Virus record (IMG/VR): IMGVR_UViG_3300045988_150084
Source of the DNA: a virus
Length of the DNA: 64,000 bases
Direction: 5' to 3' (one strand)
Part shown: positions 47,201-55,579 of the stretch, piece by piece
Layout: the number at the start of each line of letters is the position of its first letter
Numbering within the stretch: the first letter of the stretch is position 1
The notes under the pieces: model-generated
Told to the model about the DNA's origin: nothing
Database searches by the model: none
The model's input: only the letters and a program-made list of their open reading frames with translations
Position numbers and translations under genes: made by a program

Positions 47201-49939
47201 GAGGATGTTCTCTATATTAAGCGCATGACGAGGAGCTTTAGAAATTTCCTCATTGAATCGCTCTGCCTGACGGTTGAGAAGTCTGAGTTCGGTTCTTGCT
47301 CTCTCAAAACCAATCTTATCAGTAATAGAATTTGTCTTTTGGAACTGTAAGTAGAGGTCTTGAGCGTTCTTACGCGCTTCGGAGAGCCGTGCATTGAACG
47401 ATTCGGAGATAGAGAGGGCTTCAACCTTGTTATCCTTGAGAGGAGCTGGCTTCTTGACGTTTACGCCCTTTAGCATGGACTCGTCAACGCCTACGGCCTT
47501 TCCCTCTTCGCCAAGTTGCTTGAGTGCCTTTGCAATATCCTCGATACGGTTCTTCTCCGTGATATAGCTGTTCTGAGTATAGACAAGCCCAGCCTTACCA
47601 GTATGCTGGGAGATTCTTCTCTTTACCTTCTCAAGAGCTTTAAGCTGATTAGCAATCTGCTCCTGCCGAGCGGCTTCTTCTGCATCGGCTTTCTTCTGAG
47701 CAGCTTGACGAGCTTTCTGGATAGCAAGGCGTGTCTTTTGTTCCGCTTGGAGGACTTTCTCTCTTTCTTGTGCGGATTTCTCTGCTTGCTTAGTTTCCTC
47801 TTTTTGAGCCTTGGCTTCTTCCTCCATTTGCTTCTTGAGGAGGGCAGAACTTTTCTTTGCGGCCTGTTCCTGTTGCTTAATTTCCTCATCGAAAAGGTTA
47901 GTGACTTTCATACCACTACGCGCTTTTTCAATGTCTCTCAAGCTCATGGGCTGATTCTGTACGTTCTTTACATAGTCAGCGTATTTTCCCTCTGAGAATG
48001 GATTTGTTGTAGAAAGGTCACCTTTAAGTTCTGAAAGAACCTTGCGTAAAGCAATAATTCTCTGCCGAGCTTGTTCCCACTTGCGTTCATTGAGAATCGT
48101 GCCGTTATCTCTGCTGTTCCATCCGCTGTTGACGAGCTTATCATGCTCTTTCTGAGCGGCTTCAAGACGCTTTGCAGGTTCTTCGCCAAGTTTCCTACTT
48201 ACTGACCGTTTGAGTTCCTCGAAATGCCTACGAAGGGTTTCAAGCGTTGTGAGATACTTTCTAGCATCCCTGTCAGCGCGATTGATACCTTGAGCGAAAT
48301 CACCGTTGCCGAGTTGCTGGAGGAGCGCTTCTGCCTGTGTGATTCTTGCGAGGGCGCGGGCATATTTGCCAAGGGATTCGTCCTGCTCTGCTCCCTTTTT
48401 GAGAAGTTGTACAAGGTCATTCTGTTGCTTAGAAACATCAACCTTTGTGTCGTTGGTTTTCTTTCCGCTTGCATAAGCCTTGCGAAGTTCTTCCTCTTTA
48501 GCGCGGATTTGCGAATCGAGGGTCTTTACTTCTGGTTTCTCAGGAGCTTTCTTCTCTTTGGATGATTCTTTTTTCTCTGCTTCTGCCTGTGCCTTACGCT
48601 CCGCGGCTTTTTCAACAACATCCTTACCGAATTTCTTGAGTGTATCACGAGCCTCGTTTACAACAGCGAAAGCATTGGCAATAGAGGAAAAGTCGATATG
48701 TGCCGCGTTCCAGAGGTATTCATACATAGAGCGCGTATCGGCAGCAAGAGCATTGATAGCGGAGACAGGGAGAGATTTACCTACGTTTTCCCATGCGCGA
48801 GAAAGACGTTCTGTATAGTCCTTGATGTCCTCATTCGCGTCCGTACTCTTGACAGACGGTTTCTTCGCTTTAGGAGCGGTAGTTCCCTTGACGTTCAGCC
48901 TCGGCGGTTCGGGAATCTTGATGTTCTTAAAGCTCTCGTTTATCTCGTGTGCCAGCTTCTTCGTCGATTCGACCATAGCGACTGTCTTATCGTTTGCATT
49001 GACCAGACTCGAATTAACTTTTGTGTCAAGAACGTTAGCAATTTCCAGCCATTTCTTTTTGATACCGTCGAGAAGCCCAGCGGCTTCGGCATACTCTTCC
49101 AGAATAGCCTTAACTGCCTTTTCGGAGAAACTATCATCTGTTGTAAGAGCTTCTTTAGCGTTCTTCTCTGTCTTAGCCTTTGCCTTTGCAGCTTCTTTTT
49201 CCCTTTCCGCTTCTCTTTTCGCTTGAGCCGCCTTTGCAGCAGAAAGAAGAGTATACTCATTCCTAAGAGCGCGGATTTCCTCTCTCTGTCCTTCTACGGA
49301 GAGGTCTTTGGGAAGTCCCTTGACTTTATTAAGTCCTGAGATAAAGTTGCCCAAATCCATCTTGACTAGATTATTGCCAGCAAGAGAATGTAACTCCTTT
49401 TTGATATTAGCTACGTTTTTACTGACGATACCAGAATAAGTTCTTACATTGTCAGCGGCTTTCTCTAGGTTAATACCATCAACAGCATTTGTCCTGATTT
49501 TCTCTGCTGATGAAGCAATCTCATTGATAGCCGTTTTGATTGACTTGGATTGTGCTAGAAACTTATCTAAAGCATCATCTTGAGCCTTTGCTGTCTCTTC
49601 TGTTGCCTTTTTTACGCCTTTTGCGGCATCGATTTGCTCTTTAGACGCATTGACACTCTCTTGCAGCTTCTTGTTCACGTCTCCAATCTCTTTGGTCATG
49701 GTCGTTAAGCCAAGGGATTTAGAGATTTTTTCAAGGTTTCGTGCTAGTTCGAGAGCAGAGCCACCAGTCTCATTTAGGGAAGAGATGATAGACTTCCTGT
49801 ATTCATCCTTAAAATCGGTAAACTTGATGTCGTTGATGGAATTGAGCGCATCTTTTACTTTTTCGAGATTAGTAAGAGACTTGCCAATTTCAACTTCCAA
49901 GTTATATGAGATTTTCGTAGACTTAGAATCGTCTGGCAT
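41210..49939 (-). CDS. tail tape measure protein (2909 aa) with embedded CHAP peptidase and glycosidase-like domains
   Basis: Very long, A/K/E-rich alpha-helical protein. TM/GxxxG stretch. CHAP-like domain (QCSSWV...HVGIYDG) encoded around 43.4-43.8 kb. Confidence 0.85.
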   Translation of the reverse strand: MPDDSKSTKISYNLEVEIGKSLTNLEKVKDALNSINDIKFTDFKDEYRKSIISSLNETGGSALELARNLEKISKSLGLTTMTKEIGDVNKKLQESVNASKEQIDAAKGVKKATEETAKAQDDALDKFLAQSKSIKTAINEIASSAEKIRTNAVDGINLEKAADNVRTYSGIVSKNVANIKKELHSLAGNNLVKMDLGNFISGLNKVKGLPKDLSVEGQREEIRALRNEYTLLSAAKAAQAKREAEREKEAAKAKAKTEKNAKEALTTDDSFSEKAVKAILEEYAEAAGLLDGIKKKWLEIANVLDTKVNSSLVNANDKTVAMVESTKKLAHEINESFKNIKIPEPPRLNVKGTTAPKAKKPSVKSTDANEDIKDYTERLSRAWENVGKSLPVSAINALAADTRSMYEYLWNAAHIDFSSIANAFAVVNEARDTLKKFGKDVVEKAAERKAQAEAEKKESSKEKKAPEKPEVKTLDSQIRAKEEELRKAYASGKKTNDTKVDVSKQQNDLVQLLKKGAEQDESLGKYARALARITQAEALLQQLGNGDFAQGINRADRDARKYLTTLETLRRHFEELKRSVSRKLGEEPAKRLEAAQKEHDKLVNSGWNSRDNGTILNERKWEQARQRIIALRKVLSELKGDLSTTNPFSEGKYADYVKNVQNQPMSLRDIEKARSGMKVTNLFDEEIKQQEQAAKKSSALLKKQMEEEAKAQKEETKQAEKSAQEREKVLQAEQKTRLAIQKARQAAQKKADAEEAARQEQIANQLKALEKVKRRISQHTGKAGLVYTQNSYITEKNRIEDIAKALKQLGEEGKAVGVDESMLKGVNVKKPAPLKDNKVEALSISESFNARLSEARKNAQDLYLQFQKTNSITDKIGFERARTELRLLNRQAERFNEEISKAPRHALNIENILRRARESANWAIGSSIENHIISFPSDVVSDVSKYELAMAGIAQVLPKVEEGQAAMNGEFSKFASIGAQFGQSADNVLEAARSVGRLYGQGGGDADVGAKNTEILTAQAAKMATTDNFEMKDAVLGLESALSQFNMQTEDSNLLMARSTHILDVWTKLAHTSGASAQDLTEGVKQSGAAANAAGVSFGFLNALIATGVRTTAKSGNEIGTMLKSLFASIQSDKAVKAMQKFGIEVYKIGANGKKELRPVEDLILDISKGLQHTNLDSKSLSDFMLAISGGKWQSSKTIALLNNYNELKRTIELTKDSAGFTDQQLALQMDTVARKVETLKANIAKLFMSNGNNGLVNDIKWILNLLNSLLEKSQKGTSHAYQFAKGILAIVAAYKLLPPILRQIASLAGKTTAMWEVGAAQKNAGIISSLAGNLQAAYASGRSSYMTQVMNIPAATSINKSDSKSSATVNSIRQTKEYRAELERLITTDKKVVTSTKAVQLAQMSYAQQLRIADRYAKANAVSTEIARVKMIAMADAGRLAAAGMTAASMAARVLNIAFSAFGGPIGVIITLLAVVVPLFLDFSEATDKVKESLETEVDTLSKEVDARKKNIEMTDSSIEKAQELKEAIESGKLSEEELATSKSKLIDIDQHLTDVFGADAAERIKQAGYTTEAYNAEKDNYITATNAKEEKLKEANTSLYQYYLNQVEWTNKERDRLEKSIQNFGKWTTSQLDGLNILQKAYAMFYQFRYNMDAQAIEVDKQSIESLKEEQESLGDGLLDTVLKKIKEAQIDNIQRHLDWVTEDQSEVKGKALEDIQGYLDEENKKAQEAIEGLQKVTPYESKDITEGRNNEGKDSENFGSGRGGSGSGRDSSGHEKKEPKEYINYSDEQQQAIATVKDMMSRGDFSKYGVKESSLFSLLNLFYGKGAKNTDFSGISDLFATGGSDPFDSAYKLLEKFGNLASQGLSEGEIWKKLYGNFLSDEQLDKVLPDYIEEFDKKYNSTKYSRDYSRNDEHRMTEGSRLNAGGYDYSSFTNPYLAELAVRVSKEIQDTTGRYITPNMMYGQFMSETPNVTEFTTNAHIGGYMGSFKDEADLIDELAKTYIRGDAYNGMRYDDAKTATDWYNVGHTNAWPEDEDGYNYSRSIDQYANESGWNTATQTIGENIGEAMVKEADAHAGEQWRGIDAGFDDNSTWESQCSSWVSYMMNKHGITSVNSPNGDTLMEQAGSAYHAGEAPLNAGDIINWNKHVGIYDGNGGYIARNSSGGVHHGTMEEAQQYFGAVLGRVDIKELAQANGVKYGSPSISSSESVDRWEKYRGENAFHRNGIEEAAYRYETDQKRYEREQKRLETEAKLSGYTAEIYKKIAENEEAKLKSTETTLSYWRAIQQNGEDFLKDYSDKFSGFKGFLSENNLSIEGIKTLPDSEIQEIAKKFDKEGKGDFTKAINSIIKSRSQLDSLESKYVEDKAERDRKVYGSMSPTERLDAQLESLSNAHEYKVNGMTDNESYMENMRFYAQKLDILQKKYDWIHSQLSKAESSDYEKRSGWETERDAEQKRLDLLIEKRKTLTSEDKTLNAEIQKVSKHVDELTDRIDQNREHGGEATQQYKKDLTEVQKSIDDVKKSLNAVTDQLADIIENGVHSIFSDVLLEGKSFKESWKALWSDIAKLALQQILKVQMQKWGLKDILSGENITRRVQRRNFVNNIGRVGGFMSGWSGNVMDRIPSSRYGATNQFGGKADYTKAFSDLGQKLAINSTTVKGASAVTNAMSNATRLLTKETILGTAKTALDTSAKVTGTATTTANTSVMDILSGSVMTLNGTMMTRNFFPMAAGGLIPKFATGGDTTGLIGGAGTGTSDSILTYLANRGQFIRTSNGEYIIKKSTVDKVGVSFLDTLNANPEAIAGMKRYADGGDLGESYEPVMSPKTVENYRKFNRNNTVIKTSSNKRLEQLMQQQNDMLAAMGSKDNGSGNMVVLNTQADSASVMRAIQKNPRAFQRIMGNQQRHGFR

Positions 49940-50059
49940 ATAAATCCTCCTTCGGATTGTTCTTTTGATTAGAATATGCTATACTTAATTGGTGAATTTA
50001 ATACGACAGAACGAATAAGCCTGTTGTATATTATAGGTACAAAATAACAAAAATGTTCC

Positions 50060-50088
50060 TTTACGCATCGGGGAATATTTGCTATAAT
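50060..50088 (+). promoter_or_regulatory. promoter TTTACG-17-TGcTATAAT for the plus-strand moron
   Basis: Extended -10 TGCTATAAT with a reasonable -35. Confidence 0.45.
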
Positions 50089-50126
50089 GTACCTAAGTAA
50101 ATTGTGTGTTTTTCTAGAATGGAGTG

Positions 50127-50561
50127 ATGAGGATGCAAAATAACGAGAAAGACGGCGCGTTTATTACTATGTCCGAGACTACATTTTTTTCTATACTGAC
50201 GCTAACACTATTACCCACAATTATTTCTTTAATTATTTTAATTTATTTCAAGTTGTCGCACGGTGTTCTCGTGGAGATTGACTTCGTTATAGCATTTGTT
50301 ATAGCATTTGTAGCAAGTGTACCTTTTGTTCTTGTTGGATTAATTCCTGCATTTATCGCAAAAAGTAAAGGAAGGAATTTTGGGAAATGGTGGTTGTATG
50401 GCACAATGACATTTATGATTGCCGTTATTCACTCTCTCCTCATAAAAAAGAATGATACTGTTTTAGCAGAGGACAAATCTCTCAAGAAATGCCCTTACTG
50501 CGCCGAGTATATCAAGAAAGAATCTAAGGTCTGCCGTTACTGTGGGAAGGAGCTTGAGTAA
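50127..50561 (+). CDS. membrane protein with C-terminal Zn ribbon (moron)
   Basis: Three or four TM helices. Internal AFVIAFVIAFV repeat. C-terminal CPYC-x11-CRYC. The only plus-strand gene in a 35-kb minus-strand block, and it has its own promoter. Confidence 0.55.
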   Translation: MRMQNNEKDGAFITMSETTFFSILTLTLLPTIISLIILIYFKLSHGVLVEIDFVIAFVIAFVASVPFVLVGLIPAFIAKSKGRNFGKWWLYGTMTFMIAVIHSLLIKKNDTVLAEDKSLKKCPYCAEYIKKESKVCRYCGKELE

Positions 50562-50562
50562 T

Positions 50563-51136
50563 TACTGATTCTGCATGAACTCCATGAAGTCATTTGCGTC
50601 ACCATGAGTACGCTGGACACCTTTCAGTTCATCTTGCTCGCGCTCGGAGTTCTTAGTCATACCTTCCATAAGACCTTCTAACTCAGGATAGGACAAGTTC
50701 TTGATGTCTTGTACCGTCATGCTCGTATTAGCTACGATGCTGGCAACAAGTTCATCCCAAGTTACTTGTCCTTCTTTGTCTTTTTTTTTGCTTCTCCATA
50801 TCCGCTCGTCGCGAAGAACACATCGAAGATTTTCGGAATCATAGCAACGTCAACGAAGCCCTCGATTTCCTCTCGCGTATACTTCTCACCAAAAGCAAGC
50901 ACGAGCAGTTCCATCATGGCTTCATACGGCTCATCAGAGAAATACTCCTTATCATTGTCGCTCGTAGGCGTGGACTCAACAACTTTTTGCACATCGGGAG
51001 AAATGATATTGAGAATAGCCATATCCGTTCTGAACCGTGTGATATAGTGGCGAATCTTGTTCTTGTACTTGATAAGTGCAGGGAAAATCTCGCGCTCCTT
51101 ACCATCACGGCATTTGATGAAATTATCTTTTTCCAT
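50563..51136 (-). CDS. tail assembly chaperone with programmed -1 frameshift (lambda G/GT analogue)
   Basis: The 124-aa G-like ORF (50762-51136) ends ...EAKKKTKKDK. Slippery heptamer A_AAA_AAG sits at about 50782-50790. The -1 frame stays open for about 65 more codons to the TAA at 50563-50565. Located between the major tail protein and the tape measure gene. Confidence 0.55.
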
Positions 51137-51238
51137 ATTGTCATAACCTTTCGTAATAGATTTCAGTTTTTCGTCAATGAGGGTTTCCCCTCAAAGACAA
51201 GAAAAGAGAAGAGATAGTAACCTCTCCTCCATCATTCA

Positions 51239-52057
51239 TTAGTGACCTGCGTCTGTGCCTGTGGAACCCGTGCTAGACGAACCCGCCGAGGCGGTCGGAG
51301 CAGTAACATCCTTGTTGTCGGACTCTGCCTCCGTGACATCCTCCGTAGCGAAGCTCCAGAACTTGCCGTCCTTACGCTCAGGGTCAACAATGGAGAATTT
51401 CAGCTCAGGAGCAAAAGCGTTCTTGTGCTTGAAATCCAGCTTGAGAGAGCCGTCGGAACGCGTCTTGTAAAGGATAACGTTCATGCGGACGATACGACCG
51501 TTTTTCTGCTTCATCGGCTTCGACTTGAAGTAAATCGTGGCATAGCCAGGAACGGAAACCGTCTGCACATCAAGACCAACAGCACCAGTATCGGTCGTAT
51601 ATGCGTAGGTAGCTTTAAGCTCCTTGCCAGCATACGTCGCATCAACCTTGCTGTCCGTCACCTTCACCACGTTACCCTCATCGTCAGCGACAACGAGCGT
51701 AGCAAGGTCAGCCGTATCAGCGTGTGCCAGCTTAATAGCACCGCCAGTACCGACCGTGACAGCTTCATCAAGAGCGAAGACAACAACACCCTTCTCCTTG
51801 GCCTTTACGCCCTGAGTGAGTGCGACCGTCTGCGTGTCCATCGAAGCGTTCGTAAACGTGACGGAACCGCTCTTCTCAGTCTGATACGAGAACAGGGACG
51901 TATTGGACTCGCCGCCGAAAATGTCCTCCATCTTGGACGAGAACTCGAACGTAGCGTTCTGGAGGTGGATGTAACCAACCTTGCCAGTCTCACCGACTAC
52001 AATAGCCTTACCAGTACCCTCAACAAAGAAGGACTCGTTCTTAGTGATTGGATTCAA
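51239..52057 (-). CDS. major tail protein
   Basis: 272 aa, beta-rich. Position between the head-tail genes and the chaperone. Confidence 0.55.
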   Translation of the reverse strand: MNPITKNESFFVEGTGKAIVVGETGKVGYIHLQNATFEFSSKMEDIFGGESNTSLFSYQTEKSGSVTFTNASMDTQTVALTQGVKAKEKGVVVFALDEAVTVGTGGAIKLAHADTADLATLVVADDEGNVVKVTDSKVDATYAGKELKATYAYTTDTGAVGLDVQTVSVPGYATIYFKSKPMKQKNGRIVRMNVILYKTRSDGSLKLDFKHKNAFAPELKFSIVDPERKDGKFWSFATEDVTEAESDNKDVTAPTASAGSSSTGSTGTDAGH

Positions 52058-52074
52058 ATTAATTCTCCTTTTCT

Positions 52075-52473
52075 TTATGCAAAAATTAACGGACGATAAC
52101 GCTGTGCATATTTATATACGCCCTTCGTGTCAGATGGAAGGTTATAGCACGAACCAACGAAAAAATCCTCCTCGCGCAGCTCTTCCGTAATGATTCGCTT
52201 CATAGCTTTCAAATCTGCCCTCGATTTAGCATAATAATCTACGCACAAAAAACCTCTCAGCACATAAATATTATCCGTTTCAGTTGCGGACGAGAAATAT
52301 ATGCTTACGAAGTTTACGTTATCAACTGTGGCGTAACTAAGCGGCGTTAATTCCCTGCGGATTCGCTGATTAATTTCGCCCTCGGTTTTTGGATTTCCCA
52401 GCAGTTTTATGAGGTCTTTATTCTTTTTGAGCTTGCGGTAAACATCATCAAGGACTCCCATATCATCTGTCAT
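52075..52473 (-). CDS. tail terminator / head-tail joining protein
   Basis: 132-aa ORF. Confidence 0.4.
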   Translation of the reverse strand: MTDDMGVLDDVYRKLKKNKDLIKLLGNPKTEGEINQRIRRELTPLSYATVDNVNFVSIYFSSATETDNIYVLRGFLCVDYYAKSRADLKAMKRIITEELREEDFFVGSCYNLPSDTKGVYKYAQRYRPLIFA

Positions 52474-53105
52474 AGAGAAATTCTCACCTTCTTCATTTCA
52501 CTCTTAAAATATCTAGCGACACATTCGACAAAAACGTTGTGAATCTCTTCTTCCATATCGGAGAGGAGATTATTGTCCAGCAGCGCCCTTTTTAGAACAT
52601 GATAAGCTGGAGATGGTGTGTAGAAATAGCCATCAATTTTCAGTCTGTGGTTGCGTCCTCTGAGGTTTATATGGCGTGAAGACCACCAATCCTCAAGGTT
52701 TACCCACTCAGCACTACCGCTAGAGGAATATTCGTTTCCGTCAAGGTCTTTATATACGCCCTTCGGTCTACCCATGATAGCCAAGCCATCCGCAAGACGG
52801 TTTTTGTTGAAATTGGAAGAAGCCAAGTAATTGGACAGGTATGGATTCTCATCCGATTTGTCCATTAGGCTGCCCTTTCCGTACTCAGCAATCCACGCCT
52901 TCTGTCCCCACGCTTCTACGATATAGCTCACAACTGCATCCGTTGGATAATATTGCCCAGTAGATAAGATGTGTGCTTCACCGTCAATCGTGTTCATCTT
53001 CTGCCACTCTGTACGAACGTTATCTTTTGCCGCTTTGATATATTTTGAGACAACCCTACGGACACCTTCACCAAGGTTTTTCCCTAGGTCAAATCTTCTA
53101 CTCAT
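52470..53105 (-). CDS. head-tail connector protein
   Basis: 211-aa ORF. Confidence 0.4.
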   Translation of the reverse strand: MSRRFDLGKNLGEGVRRVVSKYIKAAKDNVRTEWQKMNTIDGEAHILSTGQYYPTDAVVSYIVEAWGQKAWIAEYGKGSLMDKSDENPYLSNYLASSNFNKNRLADGLAIMGRPKGVYKDLDGNEYSSSGSAEWVNLEDWWSSRHINLRGRNHRLKIDGYFYTPSPAYHVLKRALLDNNLLSDMEEEIHNVFVECVARYFKSEMKKVRISL

Positions 53106-53677
53106 AGGTTACGGTTATCGTCGCTTGTCTGAACCGCAAGGAGTCCAGCAAACTTCGTGGTGTCAATAGCGTCTACACAATAGTTCTTGCTGTCGAGTGT
53201 GATACGGTCAAGTAACTTAATATCGCAAATCGGAACGCGGAACTCTTTTGTCGTGCTAGGAAGAAGCCCTGCATCCATCATTCGCATATTGGCATTTACT
53301 GTCACATGATTGCATGGCGTGTCGAGAACATGAACCAGTTCCGTGCCAATCAAATCACCGTCTTCGTTATACTTCTCTTCGCCCTTCCTTGTTACGGAGA
53401 TAGCGCCGTTGCACATATACACCGTAGCTTGCACCGACTCGGCAGAGGGACGTAATGCAACAACGATGAAATTTTTCTTAGTTCCCTTTATCGTGCAGGA
53501 AAACAGGTCACCATTTTGGAGCTCCGTGTTCTCTTGAAGGAGTCCAGTAAAAACAAAGTTGCTCTTGAAGTTAGAAGCATTACTTTTACCGACTCGTGTG
53601 AGAACAATCTTTTCTGGGTCTTTACCGACAATATCAATCGGCTGTTTGAACCTATTAAAAAGCGCGAACATCGGCAT
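53102..53677 (-). CDS. head-tail adaptor/closure protein
   Basis: 191-aa ORF. Confidence 0.4.
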   Translation of the reverse strand: MPMFALFNRFKQPIDIVGKDPEKIVLTRVGKSNASNFKSNFVFTGLLQENTELQNGDLFSCTIKGTKKNFIVVALRPSAESVQATVYMCNGAISVTRKGEEKYNEDGDLIGTELVHVLDTPCNHVTVNANMRMMDAGLLPSTTKEFRVPICDIKLLDRITLDSKNYCVDAIDTTKFAGLLAVQTSDDNRNL

Positions 53678-54233
53678 TTAACCCCCTCAGAAGCATCTTG
53701 ATGTCAGAAGTGAAGAAACTATCGTCTGTCATCATAATGTTAAAGTCAAGAGATGTTAATTGCTTTGCTCCAGCGAAACTCTGTGCCTGTCTGATATTGC
53801 AAGCAAGCATAGCCGTTGCCGTCTTGAGACGTTTAGGATACTCGTCGAAACCACTCTTGTACTTGATTTCAAGTTTAGACGGTCTGGAGTGGAAGAGCAT
53901 CATGTTAATATCGAAAGAGCCGATGTAGGTGAAGTACCCATCATTCTCAGTATCAAGCTCAATATCATTCACATCGAGAGCATTTGTACTCCTGCCGAAC
54001 AACGTATCAGAGATACAGGTAACTGACTCGATTTCAATGATAGGAGAATGACTGAGCTTTCCTCGATTAGTCTTAGATAGCTTTACCCTGTCAACGTATT
54101 CCTTTGGAACAAACGACCGACCAAGAAAGCTGTTGATAAGGTCTGTTGCCATCGCTACATCTGAGGAATTAACTCCATCAATCGTAGAGCAATAAACAGG
54201 AATTTCTTCTTCTGTGAGGTACATATCACTCAT
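53655..54233 (-). CDS. head-tail connector protein
   Basis: 192-aa ORF. Confidence 0.4.
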   Translation of the reverse strand: MSDMYLTEEEIPVYCSTIDGVNSSDVAMATDLINSFLGRSFVPKEYVDRVKLSKTNRGKLSHSPIIEIESVTCISDTLFGRSTNALDVNDIELDTENDGYFTYIGSFDINMMLFHSRPSKLEIKYKSGFDEYPKRLKTATAMLACNIRQAQSFAGAKQLTSLDFNIMMTDDSFFTSDIKMLLRGLNADVRAF

Positions 54234-54420
54234 TGGAAATCAGCCCCATCACCTTAACCTCTGCAAACTCCTCTGGATTGACAAGAACATACCCATCGTG
54301 AGCGATAACCGCGCGGTGTTTGAGAATAATGACATCCTCATTCGTTCTTACCTTGTAGACAACATTCTTTGGAGTATCCTTCGGTGCAACCTTCGTCGTA
54401 GTGGTTTTTCTTCGTGGCAT
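54226..54420 (-). CDS. small hypothetical protein
   Basis: 64-aa ORF. Confidence 0.3.
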   Translation of the reverse strand: MPRRKTTTTKVAPKDTPKNVVYKVRTNEDVIILKHRAVIAHDGYVLVNPEEFAEVKVMGLISNE

Positions 54421-54504
54421 TGAATCAACTCCTTTAGAAGCCGCCGCTGACGCTTTTTGTTTATTTGTTGGCTTACCAAGCGACTTATTACGAAAGGTTA
54501 GAGA

Positions 54505-55563
54505 TTAGTCGTGACTTGCCCCAGCACCAGCCGTAGCGTTCGTGGACGGACTCTCATCTGTCTTGTTGACCGTGATAACATCCGTACCAACAGGAACCGT
54601 AGCCTCCGTCTCGCCGTCAATCGTGAGCAGGAGGTGACCGTAGTTACCGCCGCGCACGATGAACGTATCGAACAGAACCGCGATATAACGCTGTGCAAGG
54701 TCTTTCTCCGTGCCAAGCTGATACATACGCGGAACATCACTAGCCACGTACTGACGCTCAAGGAGGTTCTCATCGACAATAGCAATCTTACCGACAGGGC
54801 AGTAAATATCCGTCACAATCGGCAGAACGCCAGCGACCGTCATAATGCCAGTCACCTTAATGCCAGGAAGAACCTCGACATCGTAGGTCTTGACCTTATC
54901 CTTCGCGTTAATCTCCTGAGACTCAAGTTTTGCCTTATCGAGCGGATTCATGTAGATAGCAGTCGGCGTAACCTTGTACTTCTTGTTGTACATAAGCATA
55001 GCCACACCGTTGCGGATAGCCTCCGTCAGACGCGCGTCCTTAGCAATCGTACCAGTCTTCTTAATCTGCGTGATGATGGAGCAATACTCGTGAGATGTGG
55101 AGTCCATGAGGTCTTTCGCACCGCCAGTCCACACAGCGCGGTCTTGTGCATCGAGCATATCAGAGACAACTTCCGAAAGGTCTTGCGCTTGAAGGTCACC
55201 GAAAAGCCCCTGCTGCTGCGTAACCTCACGGTCAAACTTGCCGAACGTGATACCATCAACCTCTGCGCGAATCAGAGCCGAACGCTCAACACGCTGGACT
55301 TGCGTATCAAGAGCATGGTCGATTGCACGCGGGTCAATGAACTTCTCCTTGGTGTCATGTGCGAGCTTCTCGAAGTAGCGCGTCGGATGGCCTGTTGCAG
55401 CCTTGGCCTTAACGCGCTGAAGGAGCGTACCCCGCTTGCGCGTCTTATCCATAATCTGCGACTCGAAAACAGGGACATACAGTGCGCCTGTGCCGATATA
55501 GTCAGCCGTCGCGTTCGCGAAACTCATAAAGCGGCTCTCGCCGTCAAAAAGTCGAATACTCAA
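54505..55563 (-). CDS. major capsid protein
   Basis: 352 aa downstream of the scaffold/protease. TTG start with RBS GAGGAAGG. Confidence 0.6.
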   Translation of the reverse strand: MSIRLFDGESRFMSFANATADYIGTGALYVPVFESQIMDKTRKRGTLLQRVKAKAATGHPTRYFEKLAHDTKEKFIDPRAIDHALDTQVQRVERSALIRAEVDGITFGKFDREVTQQQGLFGDLQAQDLSEVVSDMLDAQDRAVWTGGAKDLMDSTSHEYCSIITQIKKTGTIAKDARLTEAIRNGVAMLMYNKKYKVTPTAIYMNPLDKAKLESQEINAKDKVKTYDVEVLPGIKVTGIMTVAGVLPIVTDIYCPVGKIAIVDENLLERQYVASDVPRMYQLGTEKDLAQRYIAVLFDTFIVRGGNYGHLLLTIDGETEATVPVGTDVITVNKTDESPSTNATAGAGASHD

Positions 55564-55579
55564 ATTTTACCTTCCTCTC

